Positions 24,568-36,447 of a stretch of 64,000 bases of DNA are shown piece after piece. The stretch is from Gonapodya sp. JEL0774. Lineage: Eukaryota. A program made the translations under genes and the position numbers. The notes under the pieces were generated by a model. It was not told the origin of the DNA and searched no databases. It saw nothing but the letters and a program-made list of their open reading frames with translations. The stretch is from positions 1 to 64,000 of the forward strand of contig JADIIX010000095.1 of assembly GCA_027604505.1 (NCBI GenBank). Direction: 5' to 3'. Position 1 is the stretch's first letter, and each line of letters opens with the position of its first letter.

Positions 24568-26965
24568 TTACATCACAGAGCAACGATCACGATCCATTTG
24601 TTTCCCATACTCTTTTGATCCCCGTTTCGAAGATGGCGCTGATGGAGGGCCACCCCCACCATGTACTTCCCGCATCATCAATTTCACTTCATCGTCAGTC
24701 AACTTTTCTCCTCTGGCCATAAGCACAGACATCTCCGAGAGAAGCACCTGCCACGCTCTCGCCTCCCTTTGCCGTTGTTCATCAGAGATATGAGCTCGTA
24801 CAACGCCGATCGCGTAAACAACGCCTGCGACCATGGCTTTGTAGTCCTCCAAGGTTAAACCGAGTTTGGCTTTGTGCATGTGCCCAATGAGGAACAGATC
24901 CGCCACCACCTCCCGATGATTTCTCCCCAGAGATCGGTGAGTTTGTGTGGCAATGGTATCAATAATTTTTATGAAGGGGAAAGACTCCGGAGAGCTGTAC
25001 AAGCGCTCGTAGGCTGAAAACATGAGCAACCCGGTCGGAAAAAGACTCATGCTCTCACCACCATCGCATCGCACTCACAAGCACTTTGTGAAAACAAGCA
25101 TTCTTTTGTGAGCTTACCCTGCACGCGCAGATGGACAAGGACATCAAACCACAGCGCGAAAAGAAGCCGAGGAACTCTTGATTACTCACAAACAGGTCTG
25201 TCGCATCATCCCTTTTGATAGCTGACCAGCTCGTCACCACATCATCCATCTGTTTCTTGGTCACGTCGACAGTCAAATCTTCCCAGTGCCCCTTCTTTGA
25301 GTTAATAAGCGCATTCCAGTCCATATCCAGTTTCAGATAAGGCACTTTGACACTGGCGGTGTGGAAAGAACGTTGTTCAACCGAAACTCGTGATTCAGAA
25401 GGAGTAGCGTGGGCGCTAGACATGGGGGGGACCTGATTTGCTGAATGTACCGAACGGGAGGGCTGGACAGAGGCAGCTCCGGAGCCTGGTCCATTGCTGG
25501 GAGGAATCGAGGCAGCATCTGAATTTGCAGTGTTTGGTGGTGTTCGCAGTCTTTGGTATTGAAGGAAATGCGTGTTCACTCGGATCTCTCTTTGAGAGGG
25601 GTTGAAATACCTGCCAACTGGCACTCACTTGATGACCATGGCTTTGAGAAGCATGTTCTGGGGCGCGTCACCGTCAGAGAAGGCTTGTTCGAAATCTTCC
25701 GGCGACAAATCAGCGAAGCGAACCATCCTCCACAGGGAGTCGGTTGCAGTATCTCCGAGACCCTGGTGTGTCACGATGTAGTTGCGAACCACCACGTACC
25801 CCGCTGCCGCAGAAAGTATCGTATCACCGTGCTCGTCTGGGAGCGATCCATGTTCAACAGTCGCTCGGAACAATTCCGGAGACGCCGCGTTGAGCGAACC
25901 GGGTTCCGTCGCAAGCTTGTTAGCAAGCGCTCGCAACACAAACTGTCTAGGCACTTGAGGATCGTGGTAAGCCGCTTCAAGGTCCTGCAGCGACAAGCGC
26001 TCGAATGGCACCTGAGACCACAGTGCGATGATGTTGTCTTGGTCCAGGGCGTCGGTTGAACGGGATTTGATAGCAACATATCGTCGCACCAGGTCGAAGT
26101 TCTTTCCCAGGTCTGCGTAGCCAGCAATGGTAGCAAACGCCTCAAAGGAGGTATTGGCAAGAGTCTGGTCCGATGCTTCGCTGCCCATGATGCGTTCCAT
26201 TAGAACGCTCATGGCCCTTCGCTCAATCGTAGGCACCCCCCATGTCCTTGCCTCCTGCGCAATGACGTGTAGCTCATCAGTGTGAGTCGTAGGTTTGTCG
26301 ATGGCCGTACGCAAGAGGTTATCAGCATAGGCGTTCAGGCGAGCGAGCCGGAATATTTCCGAGACCCGGTGGATTCCGATAACCTGGTCCCACTTGGTCT
26401 CGGGCAGCGTGACCTCTCCGTCGTCGAGGCTGTAAATCCACCACAAGCACAATCCGAGGACTTCATGCCGCGACTTGTGGGCAGGGAGGATTGGGACGTG
26501 GTAGATTGGCAGACCCTTGGAGCTGTAGCCCGGGACGGGACCCGGGGCGTTGAAAAGGTCATTAAAGAAAGGGCTTCGGTATGCGAGAATGATTCGATGT
26601 ACCGGAAGAGATGATATCTGAAAAGTAGACAAAGGTGGAGCAAGGAGAGTACCCCATGTGAGGCAACATCATGGAACGCAGGATCAATACCTGCCCACCT
26701 TATTGTCGGACGTTCGAATGTGAAGGAGAGCATCTGCAAATCTTCCTTCTGTGAGAAATGGAAGGAGGCCCGAGGTACTGACGCTTCCCATAGAGCTTGA
26801 ACCTGCCACAGAGCTCTTTCTGGAAGATTCATACGAAACGGTAGAGAGAAGAGTCTGGGAGGCATGAGAAGGGTGACCGGCAGGCAGTTGACCCTGCGAG
26901 GAGTGAAAGAGTGCAAAGTCGCCCGGCGATTGCGGGGACAGAGGCCGTTCGCCGTTTCCCATCAT
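24568..26965 (-). CDS. BTB/POZ + two BACK/NPH3-like repeats + C-terminal globin-like domain (paralog A)
   Basis: BTB: GRFADALLHI..LPVHRIILAYRSPFFNDLF. C-terminus after splicing: VTKKQMDDVVTSWSAIK..LFGKLTKECLFSQSASYERLY..IGHMHKAKLGLTLEDY..AWQVLLSEMSVLM. Confidence 0.85.
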
Positions 26966-27395
26966 CGTGAAAGTGAGTACCGAAAAGGGAAAGTTCCTGT
27001 TTCGGAGCGATCGCAGACAGAGCTCGTTCAATGCAGGGACGGCTATGCCGAAACGCAATCGCTTGCGTGTTGGTCAAGGTTGTTGAACAGAAAACAAAGA
27101 GTGGAAAGGAGACAAAGTTCTTTTCACCGGCCGATGACACACATGAGCACAGTCATTCGAGTACCTCAAATCGGGTAATCATTCAAACAACCGCTGCCCA
27201 ATCACAGCCGCATAACAAGAAATCTTCTAAATTTTGCTATTTCCATTATCGGCACATTCTGGAGACAATATAACTCCGTCCTCTGTGTGAAATCTTGGTT
27301 GTGGCTGTGGTCACGCGGAGCGGTCGCTCCCCACCTCCACCAGCCTCGACAAACTTTAGTACCGGGACACCCGGGCCAATAAGCAGTTGCAATAT

Positions 27396-28392
27396 ATGTT
27401 CAAGATTTTCAGCAAACCGGATCCCAAAGAGCAGGTTTGGGAACTGATACTGGTATGGGAGCTCCGATTTTGCAGCTAAGCTCCTCCAAATGCATGTAGG
27501 CACGAAAGAGTCGACAGGAGCTCCGGTCGGCCGAGCGTGATATTAACAAAGAGATGTAGGGATTACTCTCTCCGCGGAATGTGCATCGGTCGAATCACAA
27601 CTCGCTCACGATGTTGAACGTCCAGTTCGAAAATGGCCTTGGAAGAAGCCAAGGTAATAAAGGATATGAAAGCTGCTGCTGCGCAAGGGAACACTGCAAC
27701 AGCTAGGATTTTGGCAAAGCAATTGGTCGCGCTGCGAAAAGCAAAGGGTGGGTGTCCATGTTGGGTCGCATTTGAGCGAAGCGTTTGTGATGTTGTTCCT
27801 TCAGCACAGACCAGCAAATGAGGGCGAAGACACAGATATCGGGCGTTCAGCACCGAGTGACCCAAGTTGCAGCCCAGCAAACAGTTTCCTCTTCGATGAA
27901 AACGGCGACAAAGGCATTTGCCGTGGCCAACAAAGCAACCAACATCCACCAAATACGGCAGAATGTACAGCAGTTTCAACATGAAAGTGCGAAGCTGAGT
28001 ATATCGGAGGAAGCGATGCAAGATGGACTCGATGAGGTAGGTGTAACCTTGTCATTGCCTTTAAACCACAAACTCCAGCCCCATCTCCGGCCTGATCCGA
28101 TACAATAAAAAGGCTCTCTTTGACGAAGAAGATGAGGAAGAGTCCACCAGAGTGATGAACGAGCTCTATGATGAGATTGGTAGGTCTCTGTCCTTACTGG
28201 GCGCAACACGGTGGCCTTCAACTTTCAACTGTGTGTGCAAAAGGTTTGGACGTCTCGTCAAAGCTTGGAACTTCTTCAATCCCTTCTGCCATTCCGTCGA
28301 GCACCACTGGGCAGCGTGCACGTGTGCGACAACAGTCGCAAGAAGATCTTGAGGCAGAGGAAGAACTACGAAGGCTCGGTATAAATGTGTAG
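27396..28392 (+). CDS. ESCRT-III subunit, Vps2/CHMP2B-like (Snf7 family)
   Basis: MFKIFSKPDPKEQ|ARKSRQELRSAERDINKE..ARILAKQLVALRKAK..FQHESAKLSISEEAMQDGLDE..VMNELYDEIG|LD; C-terminal MIM-like EEELRRLG. Confidence 0.88.
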
Positions 28393-28653
28393 TAGAGCCC
28401 ACTTTTGAGACATGTGTATATGTTGCTCCCAATTTGAGCATATAATGGGTTTGGAGTTCTCATTTCATTTGTTTATGTAATGGCAAAAAAAAAAGAGTAC
28501 GAATAACTGCGACTCACAAATCTAAGAAAGGCATCGGCGAACCACCAAAACTAAACTTCCCCTCACTGTATGGTACTGCCACATTGTCCATGGCAGGTAT
28601 AAAAGTACTGCCCATCCTGCCACCCCTCCCTGCCGGTCACACCCTTCATCAGT

Positions 28654-29890
28654 TTACGTCCTCTTCGCGTGCCTCGTCAACCATTGCAGCGTCAGATCCA
28701 TGCCCGATCCACTCTTGCAGCTCGTAGAATACGCCATTACCTCTCTCGTACCACCGAGCTCCTTAAGACCCATCTGCTCCGCAACCTGCTCCGCATTTAA
28801 GGCGTTCGGCAGGTCGTTTTTGTTACCGAGGACAAGGACGGGAATGGTGGCGAGGGAAGGCTTTTGGAGCAGTGCTTGGAGCTCGGCACGGGCTGCGGGG
28901 AGCTTCGCAGGGTCCGTAGCGTCGAGGACAAAGCTGCGAATGGAGTCGGTCAAAACACTGAGCACAGCTCCCCACCTCATTCAAACATTCTCCGAAGACG
29001 CCAACTCCCGAAGCGCGTAGCGCTTCAATTGTAATGCAAGGATAAATTGCAATGGCCAAAGAGTCCAAGTGTCGTCGGCAATCCTCCAATGGCACCAATC
29101 CTGAAGAAGCCAACCCCAAGGCACCAATCTGTAAGCTACCAATCCAAAAGCCACGAATCGCAGACTTCTCAGGAAGACTTCACAATATTGTATTCCTGAT
29201 CTGCGCATGGAATTGTCGAGCGGAACGGCCCCCGCGAGTTGTCAGATCGATAGACACTCACACAATAGCGTTAACGCCTTTGCAGTATCGCTCCCACATA
29301 TTGCGGAATCGTGCTTGTCCACCCAGGTCCCAGAGCTGAGAGGGTATCGCATGTCCACACAGAGATCCCAGATGGGCAGCAGAGCGGACAGTAGACAAGT
29401 ACACAAACAGATATTCCAAGAGATTTGAATGAAATCGGGCAGGACATACGATGGTGTGTGGAGCGACAACCTTGTCATTGAGCCAAAGCCACAGCCCAAA
29501 TACAACCACTTTCACGTACCTTCATTGTCACGTTCCCCTTTGTTACCTTTCTCATATTGAATCCGACTGTAGGTGTTTGGTCCTCTGCATACCGACCTTG
29601 CTGCAAGCGTTTACGAGGGAAACGAACACAAGAACATGGGATACGAAGCTGTGAGGAAGTTTCAACGGGGCGACTACCAATGAGAATCACTCACGCAAAT
29701 AACGTTCACAAGTGTAGTTTTTCCTGAGTTCTGTAGACCGACGAGCGTCAGCTCCATTTCCTGTTAAGGAGCGGCTTGTTTTCAGTCGAATGTTCTAAAT
29801 CATATGTACCCGACAAGGTGCGGAATAAACCACCTCTTTGAAGAAAAGAGAGCGTAGCCAGTCGAGGAACCACGTGAACCAAGTGGACAT
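28654..29890 (-). CDS. ARL8: ADP-ribosylation factor-like GTPase 8
   Basis: [71 protein letters not shown]. Confidence 0.95.
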
Positions 29891-30009
29891 TTTTGCGCGG
29901 ATGCGATGTAAGTTCGTTGCTCGAAATCACTGACTCGAGGGACAAGCACCATGTCGATGACCAAAGCCCACAAGATCCTACAAAACAGAAAACTGCTCGT
30001 GCAGTGGGA

Positions 30010-32544
30010 ATGCCGTCCAAGAAGAGAAAGACAGGAACTGGAGCATCAGCCCGCGGTGATGCTTTATCTGTCTCCGCCTCCACGCCACGGGCCAATACGG
30101 AGGAGAGATCTGGGGAAAATACTTTGAAGCTCATCGCTCGCTTGGAGCACGAGTTCACCACATCACGAACGAATGCGAACAACCTTTTGGAACTTTTGAG
30201 CATTGCAGTAAGCGGAAACATGGCGCTTCTTAGCTCCATGTGCCATTAACCATCTGTTTTGCAGAAATCCGAATCAAATCCTGAAGTCGTACATGCCGTT
30301 CTCCAGTCTCTTCAACGCATATTTGTGGCATTGCTAAAGGATGGAGAGCTGGACAAACCTTCAAAGAAAAGTGTTGGTAACTCCGAGGAGCTTGGGATGG
30401 CAGGCAAGCCCAAGGCTCAGAAGAGGAACCGTGATGGAGAAGAAGCAGATGCACTTGACAACTCGCCCGAAGTAGCCATACGCAGTTGGCTTCGGAGGAC
30501 ATATTCGGAGTATCAAGAGGTACTTCTAGTTTCTTTGAGAAGTGATGAAGCTGCTGTACAGGTGAGCATTTCGGAGAAATGGAACTACAAAAGTGCTGGC
30601 TTGAGGTTTCTATGGAACAATTATATGCCACAAGGTCACGTTGGAGCAGATTTTCTCATGACACGTGCAATAGATTGGGTGGATGGCGTCTGTCGCACCT
30701 CCTTGAGTTACCTACCGCACTCATGATGATGTTTATCAGCTTCTCGCGCTTCGCCTGTTCCTCGCTCTCGTCAAACTCTCCACCATCCGCCTCTCGCACC
30801 GCTCTCGCTCTTACTCCTTCGACGCCGCCCTTATGTATCGCGCAGTTGAGGCGCTCGTCCTCGTTATGGAACCGACCCAGACAGATACTAAGAAAGTGGA
30901 GGACCGAAACGATGAACCAGTTGGGGACACGTACACGATAAAAATGAAAAAGCGTGAGGCGAAAAGGAGAGCAAGGTTCGAGGCTCATCTGGGACCAGCA
31001 ATTGTCGAGGCGGCAACAAAGTGGGATGATGTGAGATTGTTTCTGTGGAGAGGTGTAACCAAGGCATGCGATAACTGGACAACCGAAAGTAATGCTCAGA
31101 AGGTGAAAGCCACAATCTTTGAGATGTAAAGCGGAAACACTCTATAATTTTATTTTACTCTCGCTCTAGGCGTCGACAATCCCACCTACAGCTCCGTCCA
31201 CTCTCTTCTACATTCTTTCCTCTCTCCCTCCCCCATCGTCAACCCCTCCCGCCTCCTTTTTGGCTGGTGACCCTTCGTCCTTCCACAAGAGCACCAGCAA
31301 ATCTGAGCCCCCCCAAGTCCTGGACCCTGACATCTACAAGCGCGCCTTCTCTGACGCGTGGCTTGCCCTGCTCCGTGTGCCTCTGGATGATGCCACACTA
31401 GAAGAGGCCCTCGTGGTAGTGCACAGGAGGATCGTACCTCACATGACGGGTCCAGCGAGACTTATGGATTTCTTGACCGCCGCGTACGACTCTGGTGAGC
31501 AGTTGTCTGTGTAGTTCTCAAGAATCGCTCCGCTTGTGACACGAAACGTCTTCTTGGGCTCTTATGCCCAATGCTCCCGGATGGTAGGCGGCGTGTTGTC
31601 GATATTGGCCCTCAACGGTGTATTTGCGCTTGTCCAGCATCACAATCTGTGAGTCACGAATGAGTGTTCACATTCCTAGACGCCTCCTCGAACAGCGCGA
31701 CGCGAGTAATCCTCCTGTGATTTGGTTCTAGGGACTACCCAAATTTCTATCCCAAGCTGTACCGGCTTCTTGATGAAGATCTGATGCGTGTGAAGTACCT
31801 CTCTAGGTTCCTGAGGTTACTAGACCTATTTTTAAGTTCATCGTAAGTTACCGCCAAGACAGAGAAAAGGGAGCAGATCAACTCAATGATACTCAACATT
31901 CCTCCTGTTCTTATCCTGAAGTCACCTACCAGCCTACCTTGTCGCCGCCTTCGCTAAACGCCTCTCGCGACTCCTCCTTCACGCACCCCCGGCGGCCTGC
32001 ATTGCCGTTCTTCCCTTGATTCACAACCTCCTAAAACGACACCCAGCGTGCTTAGTCCTCATTCACCGATCCGACGCACAAATCGCCGACTGGCGCACAC
32101 AGCTTGTTGCAAAGGGTGGGACAGGCACGGGGTACCCCGATCCTTACGATCACACAGAGCAAGATCCAGCAAAGTGTAACGCGTTGATGTCGTCGTTGTG
32201 GGAGGTCAAGACTATGAGAAATCATTACTTGCCAGCGGTGAAAGGCCTAGCGAGGGCGTTTGAGGACCGGATGGGCAGGGAGGAGTTTACCCTGGAAGAA
32301 TTTTTGGACGAGGATTATGTAACGGTATGTTGTCCGTTGAGTGGTGAGGGATTTCGGTGGTGGAAAATAGTCGATAGCTGATTATGTTATGGGCAAACCC
32401 CTCCGCCAGCTGCTTGAAGCGGAGTTATCACGGAAGATGAAGGTCGATGCCCCACCCATTGGTGCCAAAGTAGACCTGAGCTGGATTGAGAAGGACAAAC
32501 AGTTCGCGAGCATTATCAAGGAGTGGAAGAGTGCCAAGAAGTAG
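30010..32544 (+). CDS. NOC4: Nucleolar complex protein 4 (CBF/Mak21 family)
   Basis: YKRAFSDAWLALL, LMDFLTAAYDSGGVLSILALNGVF, DYPNFYPKLY, HLPAYLVAAFAKRLSR, DPAKCNALMSSLWE. Confidence 0.93.
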
Positions 32545-32679
32545 TGAATTAAACTCATGTGCGATGGGTGGTTGCTGACCAAAGTCACGATTGTAGATCA
32601 TTTGTAAATTATACATTCTGAGTTTGCTCCTGATAGTCCTGACAAGTTCGTTGATGGGGTTCTCTTACCGAGACAGGCC

Positions 32680-33212
32680 CTATCTCTTGCCTCGCTGTGC
32701 ATTCGCGTAAACAATTTTCCTGTTATTTTGCGCTCTGATATACGCCCTTGAAGGCGGTATTGACCCATCTGACGATCCTGCCTCGTCACCCCAATCTCGA
32801 TCCTTGCGCTTCACCTGGTTTGCAAGGTTGAATACCCAAGGGGGACTTCAGAAAAGACCAAAACAAAAGCACTATAGTACCTGCGCATCAAAAGAGAGTA
32901 ACAGGGACAAAGCACAGCTCACTATTCTGAATCGTCCATTGCAACTGGGTCCGACTTCCCAACGAGGAAATTGAGGCCCTTCAAGGGTGTGCCTTTGGGG
33001 ACGGACGATTTCGGGATAGAATCAGCAATGGGTTGCTGCGAGGATGTGGAGTATGCTCTGGGTACAGGTGCATGTTGGTTTGGAGTGGGACGTACTCGAC
33101 AGAGTTGAGATGAAGTAAGATAGGAGACGATTGATGGTGGAGGAAGGAGTAAAAAAGACACAAGGGGGGCTCGGGAGGAGTGACGTGTGAGGGGAAGGAG
33201 AGAGCAGGACAT
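32680..33212 (-). CDS. MRPL37: Mitochondrial ribosomal protein mL54 (start approximate)
   Basis: SSVPKGTPLKGLNFLVGKSDPVAMDDSE-Y|PPWVFNL across one intron; Arg/Ser-rich presequence-like N-terminus. Confidence 0.85.
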
Positions 33213-33365
33213 GGGGGGTAAGAAGTAAGTTCAGAGTTGATGTGTTCGTGAGTGACATACAAAATATTGTCAACAAATCCTTTGAAACCACCGGAAGAAC
33301 GCATTATCATAATATATTCGTGGCAGCATTCCCTCGTACAAGCTAACGCTACCTTGTGTATAGAG

Positions 33366-33486
33366 CAATACAACCCTTTCTTTCTTCTCAATACCTCACT
33401 TTCCCGAGGAGTTGTCGTTAAACAACCAACGCCTCAGTGCCCATGCGGGATTTTGAAAGTGTCGGTAATCATACGGAGTTGATTGT
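33366..33486 (-). promoter_or_regulatory. Candidate eukaryotic SECIS element in the 3' UTR of the FrnE/DsbA-like gene
   Basis: Minus strand: helix I caat-caactc / gggttg-t-attg; core AUGAU (AUGA at 33472-33469) with UGAG (33390-33387); helix II UACC-GA-CACUUUC / GAAAGUG-A-GGUA; unpaired AAAA directly after helix II; about 120 nt downstream of the stop codon. Confidence 0.7.
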
Positions 33487-33590
33487 CCACATCCACACAA
33501 GCTTCGCAATATCTTGCCAAGGAACTGGTCCCAAATCCAGATCACACCGCGTCATCACAGACATCCATGTCAAATTCACCAAGAGCAAGT

Positions 33591-34823
33591 TCACTTCTTC
33601 TCAGCCAGCTCCTCGATGAGCTCTACCAAGAGATCCGGCGGCTGAGCTCCGCTTAAAGCATACTTCTTGTCAAAGATGAAATAGGGGACGCCGGTCACGC
33701 CACGCCGAGGCCACGAGTTGCACTCAGCCAGAATTTGTGCGCGATCAGCATCAGTGGAGAGATATGCATGGATTGTTTGGCGGTCGAGACCGACCTACAA
33801 ATAATCTTGCTTTAGAACAACGCGTACAATGGTGGCAGCAAATTATCGTACCTTGAGGGCAGCATCAGCTAGCACATTGATATCACCAATATTTTTCGAT
33901 TGTTCGAAGTAGTTCTTGAAGAGCTCCTCTATCAATGCGTCGGTCTTCTCTTTGTCCACAAGCTTGTTCTGAACGTACTGTGTAGATAGATTGAAAAAGG
34001 AGACACCCAACGCGCGAATAGCCAGGGCGGGAAGACCGAGCGTTAAGAAGTTGGTTGCTCAGTGTTCCTCAACTGTTTTACTCACACTGATGAGCCTGTG
34101 ACTGTCGATGGTGCTCGCAACCACTTCCAAAACGAGAAGTCGATCGACCACTCATCACCATCGACGAACCCATCAACAGTTCAGCTAATTCCAACTTACA
34201 ACCATCGTAGGTGAACTCAACGCCATCTGCGCGACCAGTCGCGATCATCTGCGTTGTCATCTTCTCAAAACGTTCTTTACCAAACTTGCGGTAGTAATTT
34301 TCGCGCTTTGGGATTCCTTCCTTGGGTAAAGTGGGATCTAATTGGAAGGGATGCCAAGTAATGGAGTACTTGACTTCAGTTCCGTTTTCGGCCACTTGAC
34401 GGAACGCCTAAAAGGGAACTACTGAGCGGAGTGCGACTTTCCGCAACCACTACTAGCTCACCTTTTCGAGTCGGCGTTTGCCCTGATGCAGTTATGAGAT
34501 AGATTAGAGATGGAACAGGTAGTGATGTCAGGAATAATTGACCAGTTGCCCAGAAAGCACTCGTACATCTCTCTCTCACAAGGAAGCACCAGGGTCAAAC
34601 AGTGTCAGCTATTTCCGAACAACATAGCCAGAGGGAACATTTCGGCACGCAGTTAGTTCCCAGTTGAGTGCCACGCACGATCGGAACCTAATGGAATCCC
34701 GTACTGACAGACAATATCGATTGTTATTTCCTTCGATGACATGAAGATTTTGCGAGTGCTGATAAGCGATGGCTTGAGGGTGAAGTTGAAGCGGGTGAGA
34801 GATGCCCTGAGGGCAAAGTTCAT
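33591..34823 (-). CDS. FrnE/DsbA-like thioredoxin-fold oxidoreductase with UxxC active site (probable selenoprotein)
   Basis: Spliced: ITIDIV-S|DTV(TGA)PWCFL|GKRRLEK|AFRQV..ITWHPFQLDP..STIDSHRLI..GVTGVPYFIFDKKYALSGAQP. The TGA is at 34597-34595. Confidence 0.9.
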
Positions 34824-34941
34824 GAAAAGGTGCGGGGGGTGATTTGTGCCTGGGGACTTCATGTGAGGTGTCACTTCGTTCCTCCACCACTTTCAAAGTT
34901 GTCGTCAGTCACTCATCATGAGCTCCAAACTCTACCACAAA

Positions 34942-36142
34942 ATGAAAGGCGGAAACCTTTTGAAGCCCAAGCGGGTTAATGTCCCTCCAGAGCAACGATT
35001 GAAGAACCCAAAAATTCTCGTTGGAGATCTGGTTGGTTCATTTCCCATTGGCATCTCATTTGCGTGATAAATCAACCTCATTCCTCGCTTTGCTTCCCTC
35101 TGATTACTCCTGTTGGGTGTTGGACCATGTTGCTTCACGTTATTCTGATAATCACACAAAGGTGCAAGTCCTGAAAGGCTCCGCAGCCGGCCAACAGGGC
35201 AAAATTGTGCGCATGGATCGAGATAGAGGTCTTGTCTTTGTGGAAGGCGTTGCCAAGGTCAGTAGCTTCGGAATTGGTATCCTCACTTAACATCGCACAG
35301 TCTGGCAAAATTCACCAAATGACTCCCTTTTCTGTAATCAATGAAAATTTTCTTACCAGCGCCTGCATCGAATAGCTCCCAATCCGCAGTTCCCCGAGGG
35401 CACGACGGTAACACTGGAGGGGGCACTCCGGTATAGCAACATCGCACTCGTGGACCCAGTGCACAAGTGAGTGGAAAGCGAGAAGACAATGAAATACGAA
35501 TCAGCGAATATGAGCGAAATGGGATGTGACTTGGAACGGCAACGCCGTCTAGACCACGATTTGAAGTGTCTCGCTAGTGCAGGAAGCACAGCTGGGTACC
35601 ATTGAGGCAAATCTCCAACGAGTTTAGAGATATCTGGAGCGTGTGCTTTGTAGTGGCCTTTACTGCCCACATTGCTCGGCTGTGACTGACTTTCAAATTC
35701 TCATGTGGATTCGAAAGAATACCAACTAAAATCACGTACGCCGCCGCCCAACATCCGGGCACCGGCCTAACCCGCAAATACCGTGTATCAAAACTCTCGG
35801 GAGAGGTAATACCATTTCCAGAGAAGGAAGACCCCACCAAGGATGCTGTAGGTGAGTGTAACGCTGTGTATGAGGAAACTCGAATGTATGAGTTTCCCGG
35901 ACAAATGTGTGGAACTGTTCAGTTGGATCCTACCTTTTATAAAATTTGTGACTCATTTGTTTCTCTTTGTGATTTGTTCGGGTGTTGCGGTCTTAACCCC
36001 AGAGGGTCCCCGTGACACCACTTCCCGCCTCGTCGACCAAATCACCTTCACGGCCACATATGACAAGCCCCCTCTGCCAGTACCTTTGCTCAACGAGATA
36101 TTCAGATGGGAGCGACACGGTAAAGGCGGAAGAGGCTTCTAG
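34942..36142 (+). CDS. MRPL40: Mitochondrial ribosomal protein uL24m (KOW motif)
   Basis: KILVGDL|VQVLKGSAAGQQGKIVRMDRDRGLVFVEG, EGALRYSNIALVDP, RVSKLSGEVIPFP, EGPRDT, PPLPVPLLNE. Confidence 0.9.
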
Positions 36143-36447
36143 TGGGTCAAGTATGTAGGTGGAGTCGGCAGGAGCTGTTACTGCATGTACATGTTCGAGC
36201 TTTGTATGACAGCCACGTAGTGTATAGATAGCATTTAGAGACACTAATTCGTTGATTTACGCGTCTCACGACCTCATCCCATCGTGCCCAATTTGTGACG
36301 GTGTGTGTTTGGACACAGTAACCAGGAGCGATACCCTTTGGGGTGACCAGGAAATTGGTTGAACTTCGCAAACCTAATTTCGTAAGTGCGATTGGTCTCT
36401 CTGTTATTAAAAACAAATAAGCTCTTTGTGAAGAAGAATAAAGAGGT

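Noticed and set aside
25078..25120. Apparent 1-nt and 5-nt micro-exons (cag|g|gtaag) in BTB-globin A
   Set aside because: Comparison with paralog B shows a single 40-nt exon encoding GKLTKECLFSQSA.
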